A stretch of DNA of 64,000 bases, taken from NCBI RefSeq assembly GCF_004010195.1, contig NC_057749.1, forward strand, positions 7,673,936 through 7,737,935, given 5' to 3'. Source of the stretch: Chiloscyllium plagiosum (taxonomy: Eukaryota). A program made the position numbers and the translations under genes. The notes beneath the pieces are model-generated. The model saw only the letters and a program-made list of their open reading frames with translations, was not told where the DNA came from and made no database searches. Shown here in pieces: positions 51,391 to 62,765 of the stretch (positions within the stretch are counted from its first letter, which is position 1; each line of letters starts with the position of its first letter).

Positions 51391-51573
51391 AGGATCTGAG
51401 AAGCAGGAAAATCGACGTTTCGGGCAAAAGCCTTCATCAGGAATTCCTGATGAAGGGCTTTTGGCCGAAATGTCGATCTTCATGCTCCAGGGATGCTGCC
51501 CTGATCTGCTGTGCTTTTCCAGCACCACACTCTCGACCTTAATCTCCAGCATCTGCAGTCCTCACTTTCGCCT
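51391..51573 (+). mobile_element. Fold-back Penelope-like mini-element with back-to-back hammerhead cores
   Basis: Symmetry centre ggaattcc at 51440-51447; 12-bp TSD agctaattagtg at 51379-51390 and 51574-51585. Confidence 0.88.
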
Positions 51574-53413
51574 AGCTAATTAGTGGGCCATTTCAAAAGG
51601 AAACAGGACACAAGAATTGTAGCTACCCTACAAAGCCAGGATCTCAATTGATTGTTCAAATATCGGTGTTTCTCTATCGACCTGTCACAAATGATCCGAA
51701 TGATCCATGTATTTTTAACCTTCATCTTTTTTTGGACTTCTTTCTTATTCCTAATCTGTGTGCATGTGTTGTGGAATGATTCTTCCTTGTATTTAGTAAC
51801 TAAAAAAAACAAGTCTTTCTTTTTTTAGCTCACTATTACCTGTTTGAACTGGCCTGTTATAAAAGGAATTCATTGGGTCTGGGGGAAGACGTCCATGGAA
51901 AGGGGTCTTTTTGCAAATTAGCCTTATTGCGACCAATTAAACGGGTGGATGGATAAAGAAGGGGATCTATTTCATCCCTCCTTGCCCACGAGTTTTGGGC
52001 ATCCTATCTGTAACCAGAACAAATTACAGGGGATCCTCAGCTGGTTGAGATTACAGAACAGCATTGAATAAACCAAGATTGAAGTCCTTGTTTCTCTGAT
52101 CGATAGAAACACAAATGTAAAAGGTTGATGTTCAGTGGAATCGGCTGCAATACAATGATAATTCTATTGTGCTCTTCCAGACCAAACGGCAAAGGGTTCC
52201 TCCAGAGTCTATGCAAGTCCAGAAGACAACTAACCACAATACAAGCTTAACAATCCCTCACATCGTCTGACTGAATACAAGGAAAGCACCAATATTAGGA
52301 AGGGAGAAGCATAATGATTTTTTAATAGTCTTTGCAATGATCTACACTTTCACCCTGTATACCCTATCAATCTTTCTCCCACAGCTATCAGCCATGGAGA
52401 AGCTCAATAACTGAGGTAATCTGACTATAAACTGTACATTAGTGGAGCTCTGTTTATTAGAAATGAATAACTTCCTCACACTGAAGCCATCAGCTAACTT
52501 TTATAGCAATCAATAGCTGAGTGCACTCTGCCAAGGTATCACCTAAGGCCATTGGGATGCAGAAAACATCACGAAAATCGCTCTCCCACTGACCTCATGG
52601 AAGTCACACTTCACTTTCATTTGTCCTTAAGAAACAAGGGGATTGAATGTGTCTTGGATGCTAACAGGAAATGTAAGCAGAGCTATCAACACCAAAAGAT
52701 GCTCCGATTGCTTGATGTCCAATTATAAACCTCATATTGTTCTAGCAAGAATAAGATGATGTAGTGTACAAATAAGAAGTGCCATTGACTGTTGTGAGGG
52801 GATGTTGTGTACTTTCATAAATCTGTTGACAATTGGAATTCCTCCAGATAGCTTGCATCTCCTGAAAATGGCATAATTGTCCGTACCATATTTCTTCACA
52901 CTTCCTTTGTCACACTTTGTGAATCATGCCTCTGTTGTTCGAAAACAAAATCTCTTCTAGCTTATAGTGTACAGTACAACACGGCATCTGTCACTACTTC
53001 ATACTTCAAAGTATCAAAGATTTTAAAAGCCACTTGCATTTGTAGAGCACTGCTCATGGCTAGCAATTGTTTTCATTTATTTGTGAATGGGATATGGGCA
53101 TCACTGGCTAAGTCAGCATTTTTTTTCCCTTATTAATTGCTTGGAGAGCAGTTAAGAGTCAACCACTGTGGCTGTGGGTCTGGAGTCACGTGTAGGTTAG
53201 GATGAGTAAAATACATTCGTGAACTAGATGGTCAAATGATAGATGATCTATTTTTTGTGATGTTGATTGAGGGACAAATATTGACTAAGATACTGGGAAA
53301 ATGCTTCTAAGGAAAAAGACATCTGCCCAGTAGGCAAGTGATATCTCAACTTAACCTCTCATCAAAAAAATAATAATTCCAGAAGGACACAACATGCCAA
53401 TCTCCGAAATTAG

Positions 53414-53564
53414 GAAAAAGCGAGGACTGCAGATGCTGGAGATCAGAGTCGAGATGTGTTGCTGGGAAAGCACAGCAGGTCAGGCAGCATCGGAGGAGCA
53501 GGAGAATAAGCTTATGCCCGAAACATCAATTCTCCTGCTCCTCGGATGCTGCCTGACCTGCTGT
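53414..53564 (-). mobile_element. Fold-back Penelope-like mini-element
   Basis: Inverted arms; degenerate 15-bp TSD at 53399-53413 and 53565-53579 (12/15). Confidence 0.8.
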
Positions 53565-53579
53565 AATGTCTTAAATTAG

Positions 53580-54180
53580 CCTTTATTGTAAGAAAACGAG
53601 TACAGTAGTGAAGACTTGCTTCAATTGTATCAGATTGTATTAATTAGACTGCTCCTGGAATACTGTGTGCAGTTTTGATCTCCTTAGCTCAAGAAAGATG
53701 CTCAAAGAGAGAATCTAATAAAAGATCACCTGACTTGTTCTCAGGATGGTGGGACTGTCATATAGAAAGAGATTGGGAAAACTGGGCCATAGTCTGAAGA
53801 GTTTTGAAGAATGAGAGGTGATCTTATTGAAAACTGCAAATACTTAAAGGTGGATGCAAGTAAGGTATTTCCCTTCATTGGGGGTGGGGGGGGCTGCAGT
53901 TTAAAACCAGGGGTGTGCCACTTTGATCCTGTCAAAAGAGAACATTTTTATTCAATGTTGTGAACCTTTTGGAATTCTCGACCACAGAATGATATAGAGA
54001 CCTAACTTTTAAGTATACTCTGATAGAGATTGATGAATTTCCAATTACCAATGGCATGTAAGGCTGTGGGGATGGGTTGGGTAAAGGCATTGAAATGTTT
54101 GGTCAACCATGATTGTTTTAATTGATAGGGGGCGAGATGGGCTGAATGGTCCACTCCTAATCCTCCATTACTATGTTCCT
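53580..54180 (+). mobile_element. Degenerate CR1 3' region
   Basis: ctggaatactgtgtgcagtttt (LEYCVQF) and gaatgagaggtgatcttattgaa. Confidence 0.8.
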
Positions 54181-55129
54181 AACAGAAAACTACATGATCC
54201 ACCTAGGAATACATACTCAATACAACTCTCCAATTGAGGCCACACTAAATAGTAAATACCTTGTACATACTTCATGATCATGAATTCTCACTGTTGAGTC
54301 AGGAGGCATGTCTTGACCCCCATCTTGGCCAACGTAGAAGGGATCACAACTTTTTAAAGTTTTGGACTGCAAACTGAAATGAAAAAAAATTGAACACCAC
54401 TTTAAGAGGAGATAAATACCAGTGAATTCTTTAGAGCTTTCAGAAAATAAGTGAAGCAGACGGGTGCATCAGAATTAATGTTACTTTTTAGGGACATTGA
54501 ATTCAGACAAACGGGTGCCATTTGTTTTGGGTCCAGAAGAGCTCAGCATAGCAACAACCCTCTGACTGATCAGATTATAGATAAACCTAGACTCTGAGGG
54601 AAGTGTAACATTGAGAAGCAAGGAGATAGCTAGAAGTTGGTTGCATCAATCTTTCTCTCTCTTTCTCTATAAACTTGCAATCTTCAAAGTGCTTTTGAAG
54701 GGGCAGAAGGAAATGATAAATGAAGGAAAAGAAAAAATTGTGAAATCCAAAGATGACTCTTGAGTGTAATCGTTGACTGAGTGTCCACAAGTCTCCGGTG
54801 CAGAGAATTCCAAATGTTCATAATCCTCTGAGTAGGTAATTTCTCCTTGTCTCTGTCCAAAATGGCTGACCAATTATCCTGAAGTTGTGACCCTTTGTTC
54901 TAGACTCATGAGCCGAGGGAAACATCCTCTCAGCATCTACACTGAGAAGGGCTGTAATAATTTTATGCTTTTCAACGATTCCAGGATGTGGGACTGGGGC
55001 GTGGGGTATGAATTTAGGGGTTTAGGGTGATTGTACTCAATTGCTCTTCTGAATCTATTCATAGACCACGGTCTTTAACTTCTGTTACCCAGCTATGGGT
55101 TCTAAACTTCAGGTGTGGGAGGTCACTCT

Positions 55130-55428
55130 CAGGTGCCTATCTGTGTGATGTTTGCACATTCTCGGGACTGCGTGGGTTTCCTCTGGGCGCTCCGGTTTCA
55201 TCCCACAGTCCAAAGATGTGTAGGTTAGGGTGGATTGGCCATGCTAAATTGCCCATAATGTCCAGTAATCTGTGGACTAGGTGGATTAGCCATAGGAAAT
55301 GTGCGGTTATGCAGATAAGGTGAGGGTGTGAGTCTGGGTCCAGATGGAATGCTGTTCGGAGGGTTGGTGCAGACTTGCTGAGCTGCATAGCCTCTTTTTG
55401 CACTATAGGGATTCTGTGATTCTATCTG
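55130..55428 (+). mobile_element. HE1-type SINE, 5'-truncated
   Basis: V-domain and tail. Confidence 0.85.
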
Positions 55429-55718
55429 AAAATGTGTTGCTGGAAAAGCGCAGCAGGTCAGGCAGCATCCAGGGAACAGGAGAATCGACGTTTTGGGCAT
55501 AAGCCCTTCTTCAGGATGAGCTGAAGAAGGGCTCAATCAGCTGAATCAGCTCATTCCTGAAGAAGGGCTTATGCCCGAAACGTCAATTCTCCTGTTCCCT
55601 GGATGCTGCCTGACCTGCTGCGCTTTTCCAGCAACACATTTCCAGATAGAATCACAGAATCCCTATAGTGCAAAAAGAGGCTATGCAGCTCAGCAAGTCT
55701 GCACCAACCCTCCGAACA
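55353..55718. repeat. 366-bp palindrome: PLE fold-back core (55429-55642) extended by a perfect 76-bp inverted copy of the flank
   Basis: 55353-55428 is the exact reverse complement of 55643-55718. Confidence 0.95.
55553..55588 (+). ncRNA. Minimal hammerhead motif (family A), intact core
   Basis: CTGAAGA-A-GGGC(ttat)GCCC-GAAA-CGTC at 55557-55584; helix I is weak in this copy. Confidence 0.65.
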
Positions 55719-55959
55719 TTTGTGGAGAGAAAACAGAGTCAACATTTTGGGTCCAGCGACTCTTCTTTAGACTATTTGAGAGAGCTACCAAGGATAGAAT
55801 CTAAACAAAAAACAGAATCCAATGACATTGGCTACGTTGGCATAAAAAAAATTGGTTTGTAATGTCAAAGAGATGGGAGCCTGTGACTGCACTGAGGTGG
55901 TAGAAATGCTTTCCACTATTATCAACACTGAAAATTGCTCAGAATACAAATGGTCAAGA

Positions 55960-56845
55960 ATGTCAAGTTCCTAGGAGTAATTGCAACCATCAATCTGTCC
56001 TGATCCATCCATGTCAACACTGAAGTCAAGAAAGCACATCAATGCCTGTACTTCCATAGGAGGCTAAGGAAATTTGACATGTCTACAAGGACTCCTAACA
56101 ATTTTTATAGATGCACCATAGAAAGCATACTATCCAGATGCATCACAGCTTGGGATGGCAACTGCTGTGCCCAAGATTGTAGGAAATGACAGAGTGTTGT
56201 GAACACAGCCCAGTTCATCACAAAAACCAGCCTTCCATCCATTGACTCCATCTATACTTCCTGCTGCCTGAATAAAGTCACCAACATAACCAAAGACCTC
56301 TCCCACCCCATTTATACTCTCTTCCACCATCTTCTATCAGGCAGAAGATACCAAGGTTTGAAAATACATACAAACAGGTTCAAGAACAACTTCTTCCCTG
56401 CTTTTGTCAGAGCCTCGGGCAACTGTCCGTGTGGAATTTGCACATTCTCCCCGTGTCTGCGTGGGTTTCCTCCGGGTGCTCCGGTTTCCTCCCACAATCC
56501 AAAGATGTGCATTAGCCATGCTAAATTGCCCGTAGTGTTAGATACATCATTCAGGGGTGAATGTAGGGGAATGGGTCTTGGTGGGTTACTCTTCAGAGGG
56601 TCAGTGTGGACTTGTTGGGCTGAAGGGCCTGTTTCCACACTGTGGGGAATCTAATCTAAAATCTAATCTATATTAAAGTTGATCTTTCTCTACACCTTCT
56701 CTGTAGCTATAACACTATATTCTGCATTCAGTTCTATTATCCTGATATATTTATGTAAGGTATAATTTGCCTGGATAGCATGCAAAACAATACTTTTCAC
56801 TGTATCTTGGTATATGTGACAATAATAAAATTTAAATCAATTTAA
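55960..56845 (+). mobile_element. Rex1/Babar LINE 3' fragment with nested HE1 SINE (~56410-56670)
   Basis: TAQFITKTSLPSIDSIYTSCCL..IT KDLSHP...SGRRY; Rex tail resumes at ~56672. Confidence 0.85.
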
Positions 56846-56894
56846 ACCTGTAACTATTTGCTAAAATGCAACAAATGCACCTCCCTAACTACAA

Positions 56895-57455
56895 GAGTAC
56901 AGGACATTGGTTAGGCCACTTTTGGAATACTGCATGCAATCAGGTCTTCCTATTATAGGAAGGTTGGTGTAAAACTTGTCAGTGTTCAGAAAAGATTTAT
57001 GAGAATGTTGTCAGGGTTGGATGGTGTGAGCTAAAGGAAGAGGCTGAATAGGCTGAGTTTATTTTCCCTGGAGAGCCGGAGACTGAAAGATGTATTAAAT
57101 CTTGAGGGGCATGGACTGGTCGAATAGACAAGGTCTTTTCCATTGGGTGGGGGAGTCCAAAACTGGAGGGCATAGGTTTAAGGTGCGAGGGGAAATATTT
57201 AAAAGAGATCTAAGGTGCAACTTTTTCACACAGACGGTGGTGCATGTGATGAATGAACTGCCAGAGGAAGTGGTGGAGGCTGGTACAATTACCACATTTA
57301 AAAGGCATTGGGATGGGTACATGAATAGGAAGGGTATGGAGGGATATGGGCCAAGTGCTGGAAAATGGGACTAGATTAATTTAGGATATCTGGTCGGCAT
57401 GAACGAGTTGGACCAAAAGGTCTGTTTCCGTGCTGGACAGCTCTATGACTCGATA
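56895..57455 (+). mobile_element. CR1 (HER1-like) LINE 3' fragment
   Basis: ORF 57102-57374 and tail. Confidence 0.9.
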
Positions 57456-58394
57456 AGAGATACTCGTGCTTTTTTAGATTGAGACTTAGACCAGGGAGCA
57501 GTTTTATTTTCCTACACTAGACCAAGCAAGCCCTGTACTTCCCTACATTTAAAGACAATGGTGGCAGCAATTGTTAACACGAGTAGTTGCTCATACACTG
57601 CAGTGAGCTGGCCTGCCTATACCCGACTACCTGTGGAGTCAAGGCCAACATGAAGTGTAAGAAACAGGTCGATCATGGGAAGGATGTGAAGGTTTTTACT
57701 TCAGCAGCAGCCCAACAGAACCCTGATTTCTATCACCAAAAGAGGAGAAGGGTAACACAAACCTGGGCAGGCCAGCATCTCGAAGTTCCCCTCCAGGTTA
57801 CAGAACACAACGTGGACTGCTTACAGTGGAAGAAACTGATGTTGGCATAAAGATAGTTTTGCAGACATCAAGTCATCTTGATGATGAATGGAAAGCAACT
57901 TTGTGGCCCACAGAATTCCAAGCTTGAGCGGGTGACGGAGGAAAAGAATTAATCAGTGGCAAGGGAGTTGGAGTTTAAGGCAGGGTGAAAGTGAGGGCTT
58001 TGATCTTCCTGATAGTCAGATAATGAGATTTTAGTCAGATGGATGAGGTTTTACCTCAGCAATGGCTTTATGTCAGGCAATCTGACAACAGAAGGGAATC
58101 AGTGAAGTGATGGAAAAGTCGAATTAGATCCTTCACATGATCAACCCGTTTATGAAGAGTAGGAATGAAGATCACTTAGATCAAGTATAGGAGCCATTCT
58201 TCACCACCAACATCTCCGAATGTGTTAGATGATGGCCAATTAATTTGTTTTCTGTGGTATTTGTTAAAGAAGGAATGTTAGCTTGGACGTCTGGAAAACT
58301 TTGACGAGTGCCACTGACCTTTAAAGTCCATCCAAAAAAAAATTCTTCAATATTCTGTCTACAAGACTAGCATCATTTCCCACATTTAATTGTG

Positions 58395-58842
58395 ATGTGG
58401 AGGTGCTGGTGGGGGTGGACAAGGTTGAAGTGTCCCCCTGGCAAAGGAGCAGAGCTCTGAAAGCTTGTGATTTTAAATAAACCTGTAGGACTGTAAACTG
58501 GTGTCATGTGACTTCTGACTTTGCCCACCCTAATCCAAGTTGAAACTTTATTGCTGGAACAGCACAGCAGGTCAGGCAGCATCCAGGGAACAGGAGATTC
58601 GACGTTTCGGGCACAGGCCCTACTTCAGGAATGAGCAGAGAGTGTTCAGCAGGAGAAGATAAAAGGTAGGGAGGAGGGACTTGGAGGAGGGACTTGGAAA
58701 TGTGATAGGTGGAAAGAGGTCAAGGTGAGGGTGATAGGTCGGAGGAGACTAACTTGGGTTGGTTCGTCCGGGTGGCCCAGAGGTGCTCTCTGAATCGCTC
58801 CGCAAGTAGGCGGCCTGATCCAACACTGGCAACTTCACATCA
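58395..58842. mobile_element. PLE family A piece (-, ~58538-58817, GIY-YIG remnant) nested in a family B fold-back element
   Basis: Minus strand of 58755-58817 reads GRLLAERFREHLWATRTNQP; hammerhead-like motif at 58597-58632 (-); family B tail resumes at ~58819. Confidence 0.8.
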
Positions 58843-58844
58843 CA

Positions 58845-59195
58845 GTTAAGAAAGCACACAATGCCTCTACATCCTCAGAAGGCTAAGGAAATTCAGCATG
58901 CCCACAATGACTTTTACTAATTTTTTATAGGTGCACTAAAGAAGGCATCCAATCCAGATACATCATTGTTTGGTATGGCAACTGCTGTGCCCAAGATCGC
59001 AAGAAATTACAGAGAGTTGTGAATTCAGCCCAGTCCATCATGAAAACCAGCCTTCCACCTATTGTCTCTACCTATTTCCCACCGCCTCGGAAAAGAGCCA
59101 AGATAATCAAAATCCTCCACCACCCCGGCTATTCTCTTCCACCCTCTTCTATCGGGCTGAAGTTACAAAGGTTTGAAAGCAAATACCTGTTAATA
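58845..59195 (+). mobile_element. Rex1/Babar LINE fragment
   Basis: aagaaagcacac.atgcctctac.tcctcagaaggctaaggaaatt homologous to 42310-42360. Confidence 0.8.
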
Positions 59196-59214
59196 ATCAG
59201 GGTAACGTACACAA

Positions 59215-59537
59215 CATAGTCATAGAGTCATAGAGATGTACAACACGAAAACATACCGTTCGGGCCAACGCATCCATGCTGACCAGATATCCCAACCCAG
59301 TCTAGTCCCACCTGCCAGCACTCGGCCCAAATCTCTCTAAATCCTTCCTATTCATGTCCTCATCTAAATGCCTTTTAAATGTTGCAATTGTACCAGCCTC
59401 CACCACTCCCCCTGGCAGCTCATTCCATGCATGTACCACCCTCTGTGTGAAAATGTTGTCCCTTAGGTCTCTTTTATTCCTTTCCCCTCTCACTCTAAAC
59501 CTAGTTCTGGACTCCCCCACCCGAGCGAAAGGACTTT
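59215..59537 (-). mobile_element. CR1 (HER1-like) LINE 3' fragment
   Basis: ORF 59302-59520; (tctatgac) tail. Confidence 0.9.
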
Positions 59538-59547
59538 GATATCAGGA

Positions 59548-60142
59548 GAAAGTGAGGACTGCAGATGGTGGGTGGCACGGTGGCACAGTGGGAGACATGG
59601 TGGCACGGTGGGCGACATGGTGGCACAGTGGGCAACATGGTGGCACAGTGGGTGACACGGTGGCACAGTGGGCAGCACAGTGGCACAGTTGTTAGTACAG
59701 CTGCCTCACAGCGCCAGAGACCCCGGTTCAATTCCCACCTCAGGCGACTGATTGTGTGGAGTTTGCACATTCTCCCCATGTCTGTGTGGGTTTCCTCCGG
59801 GTGCTCCGGTTTCCTCCCACAGTCCAAAAATGTGCAGGTTAGGTGAATTGACCATGCTAAATTGCCAGTAGTGCTAGCTGCAGGGGTAAATGTAGGGGAA
59901 TGGGTCTGGTTGGGTGCATTTCAGCGGGTCAGTGTGGACTTGTTGGGCCGAAGGGCCTGTTTTCACACTGTAAGTAATCTAATCTAATCTAATCTTTGCT
60001 GGAGATCAGATTCGAAGAGTGTGGTGCTGGAAAAGCTCCGAGGAGCAGGAGAATTGATGTTTGAGCATAAGCTTCTTGGTGAAGAGCCCCTTGGATGCTG
60101 CCTGACCGACTGTGCTTTCCCAGCACCACATTCTTCGACAAC
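59548..60142. mobile_element. PLE fold-back mini-element interrupted by an HE1 SINE (+, 59568-59995) with a tandemly amplified head
   Basis: gaggactgcagatg | tgctggagatcag split by the SINE; 9-bp TSD atatcagga at 59539-59547 and 60143-60151. Confidence 0.8.
59568..59687 (+). repeat. 20-bp x6 minisatellite derived from the SINE head
   Basis: Six units resembling gtgggcgacayggtggcaca. Confidence 0.92.
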
Positions 60143-60349
60143 ATATCAGGATACAACTCTCTGCAGCAATAGTCTCTTATCAGCTATGATGGGCTTTTCT
60201 TTTTTATCTCTCCTGCCCTTGTTCCAAACGTTAGACCAGTCAGATCAAATATTGTGAGGCTGCAGTCACTTGTCACCCATTCAGGGATATTATTATATGC
60301 TTCTGGAGCAGGTGAGATTTGAACCTGGGCCTCCTGACTCAGAGAAGAG

Positions 60350-60860
60350 ATTGGATAGCTCAGTTGGCTGGACAGCTGATTTGTAATGCAGGATAATGCA
60401 GGATAATGGCAACAGTGTGGGTTCAATCCTGTACTGCCTGAGGTCACCATGAAGGACTCTCCTTGTCAACCTGGGTTTGACTCCACCCTTGGGCGACTGT
60501 GTGGAATTTGCGTGGGTTTTCTCTAGCAGCTCCAGTTTCCTCCCACAGTCCAAAGATGTGCAGGTGAGGTGGACTAGCCATGCTAAATTGCCCATAGTGT
60601 TTAGGGATGTGTAGGTCCAGTGCATTAGTCATAGGTACATGTAGAGTAATAGGGTAGGAGAATGGCTCTGGGTGGGATACTCTTCAGAGGGTCAGTGCAG
60701 ACTTATTGGGCTGAATGGCCTGTTTCCACACTGTAGGAATGCTATGATTCTCTCCCCTCACTTGAGTCATGGTGACCCTCAGGTTAAACCACTACCAGTC
60801 ATCTCTCTCTCTCTCTCTAATGAGAGAGTTGTCCTATGGTCTGGTAGGACGTTACCATAC
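60350..60860 (+). mobile_element. SINE family 3 with nested truncated HE1 SINE (~60470-60750)
   Basis: Host resumes at ctctcccctcacttgag..atggtgaccctcagg. Confidence 0.8.
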
Positions 60861-61419
60861 CTGGGATTAGTTTCAAGCCAAACCAGCTGGTAATTTCAAT
60901 TGAAAGTGATTGTTTGAATTCTGCCAGTTTCTCATTATATAAATTAAGACAATTCAAAACCTGAAAGAATGAGAAGCCCTCATTTACCATTGTTTCCTTT
61001 CTGGGCAAGGGAGGCTGATTGGCAATCATTAACAATGATCACATCGTTAAAAGGGTACTGACTATTAATTACTGGATTAACTTTCTGTGGCGAGCTTAAT
61101 GGGCAATTAAATTGCAAATGCTGCAACTTCTTGGAAACTACAGGGAGTTTAAACTCAAGATTCCATGTATGGAGAGTTACACAGTGCAGCAGTACAAATT
61201 CTGAGCAATTCTTAATGGATTTCCAATTGAGTAGGTATCATGACCCCACTACTAACCTGCTAGGATACCTGTGGGTTAATGATCATTCAGTCACCACTAC
61301 ATTCGCAGCTAAATTTGGCTTGTTACTTTATCAATAATTGCACCCCAATTGAATTATCACTCTTCTCTCATCCTGCTTTACTGATGACTGAACATGTGTT
61401 CCTGCCTCTGTAAATGCCT

Positions 61420-62140
61420 GAGCATGGTGGCTCAGTGGTTAGTACTAGAGACTCAGGTTTGATTCCAGCCTTGGATGACTGTCCGTGCAGTGTTTGTATA
61501 TTCTCCCTGTGTCTGTGTGCATTTCCTCGGGGTGCTCTGGTTTCCTCCCACAATCCAAAAGACTTACATGGATGTTGTGAGGGTTTGAGTAATGGGGAGA
61601 GGTTGGGGCTGTTTTCCCTGGAGTGTTGGAGGCTGACCTTATAGAGGTTTATAAAATCATGAGGGGCATGGATAGGAAGGACAAGGTCTTTCCCCTGGGG
61701 TAGGGGAGTCCAAAACTAGAGGGCATAGTTTGAGGGTGAGAGGGGAAAAATTTAAAAAGGACCTAAGGGGTAACTTTTTCACGCAGAGGGTGGTGCACTT
61801 ATAGAATGAGCTGCCAGAGGAAGTGGTGGAGGCTGGTACAATGACAACATTTAAAAGGCATCTGGATAGGTAAATTAATAGGAAGGGTTTAGAAGGATCT
61901 GGGCCAAGTGTTGGTAAATGGGACTACATTAATTTAGGATATTGGTCAGCATGAATGAGTTCGACCAAAGGGAATGTTTCTGTGCTGTACATCTCTATGA
62001 CTGTCTCACTGTATGTGCAGTCTAGATTAGTCATGGGAGATGTAGGGTTACAGGGATATGGTGGGTCTGGGTGCAATGCTCTTCAGGGGGTCTGTGGGAA
62101 TTCATTAGGCTGAATGACCTGCTTTCACACTCTAGGGAGT
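61420..62140 (+). mobile_element. HE1-type SINE interrupted by a CR1 3' fragment (~61565-62003)
   Basis: SINE stops at ccacaatccaaa and resumes at atgtgcag; CR1 motifs lie between. Confidence 0.8.
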
Positions 62141-62329
62141 CTGTTGGCAAGCAAGTACACAATGCCACCAGTGCCTGAGAAACAGCTGAGGTTGAGGACC
62201 TAGGCTTTGGGCAGGCACGGTCATTCAGAAACAAAAACAAATTGGCATTATCTAATCGACACAGAAGAGAGATTTGAATTAGCCAGCTCCTTAGTGAACA
62301 GGATTAAAATGATCACCTTAAGATGGTGC

Positions 62330-62765
62330 AGAAGAGCAGAATTAGGCTATTCTGCCCATCAAGTCTATCTGTCATTTGCTCATTGCTGTTATGTTTCTCA
62401 ACTCCAGTCTCCTGCCTCTATCACTTAACCTTTGATCCTGTTACTAATCAAGAACCTATCTCTGTCTTAAACACACTAATTGACTTGGCCTCCACATCCT
62501 CTGCAGCAATGAGTTCCACAGATTCACCACCCTCTGGTCGAAGGATTGCCTTCTCATCTCAGTTCACCCCCTCACTCTGCTGCTGTGCCGGGTCCCAATC
62601 TCTCCTACTAGTGGAACCATCTCTTCCATGCCCAATGTATCCAAGCCTCTCAGTATTCTGTTAGAAATCCCCCCACATCCTTCTAAATTCCATCGAGTAT
62701 AGACCCAGAGTCTTCAATTGCTCCCCATCTAACAAGCCCTTCATCCCTAGGGCCATTCTTGTGGA
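62330..62765 (-). mobile_element. CR1 LINE 3' fragment
   Basis: gagttccacagattcaccaccctctgg and cttctaaattccatcgagtatag motifs. Confidence 0.8.

Noticed and set aside
56199..56654. 151-aa ORF
   Set aside because: Rex1/Babar remnant running into an HE1 SINE.
59568..59687. Regular short repeats resembling a CRISPR array
   Set aside because: Contiguous 20-bp units with no spacers, derived from a SINE head, in eukaryotic DNA.
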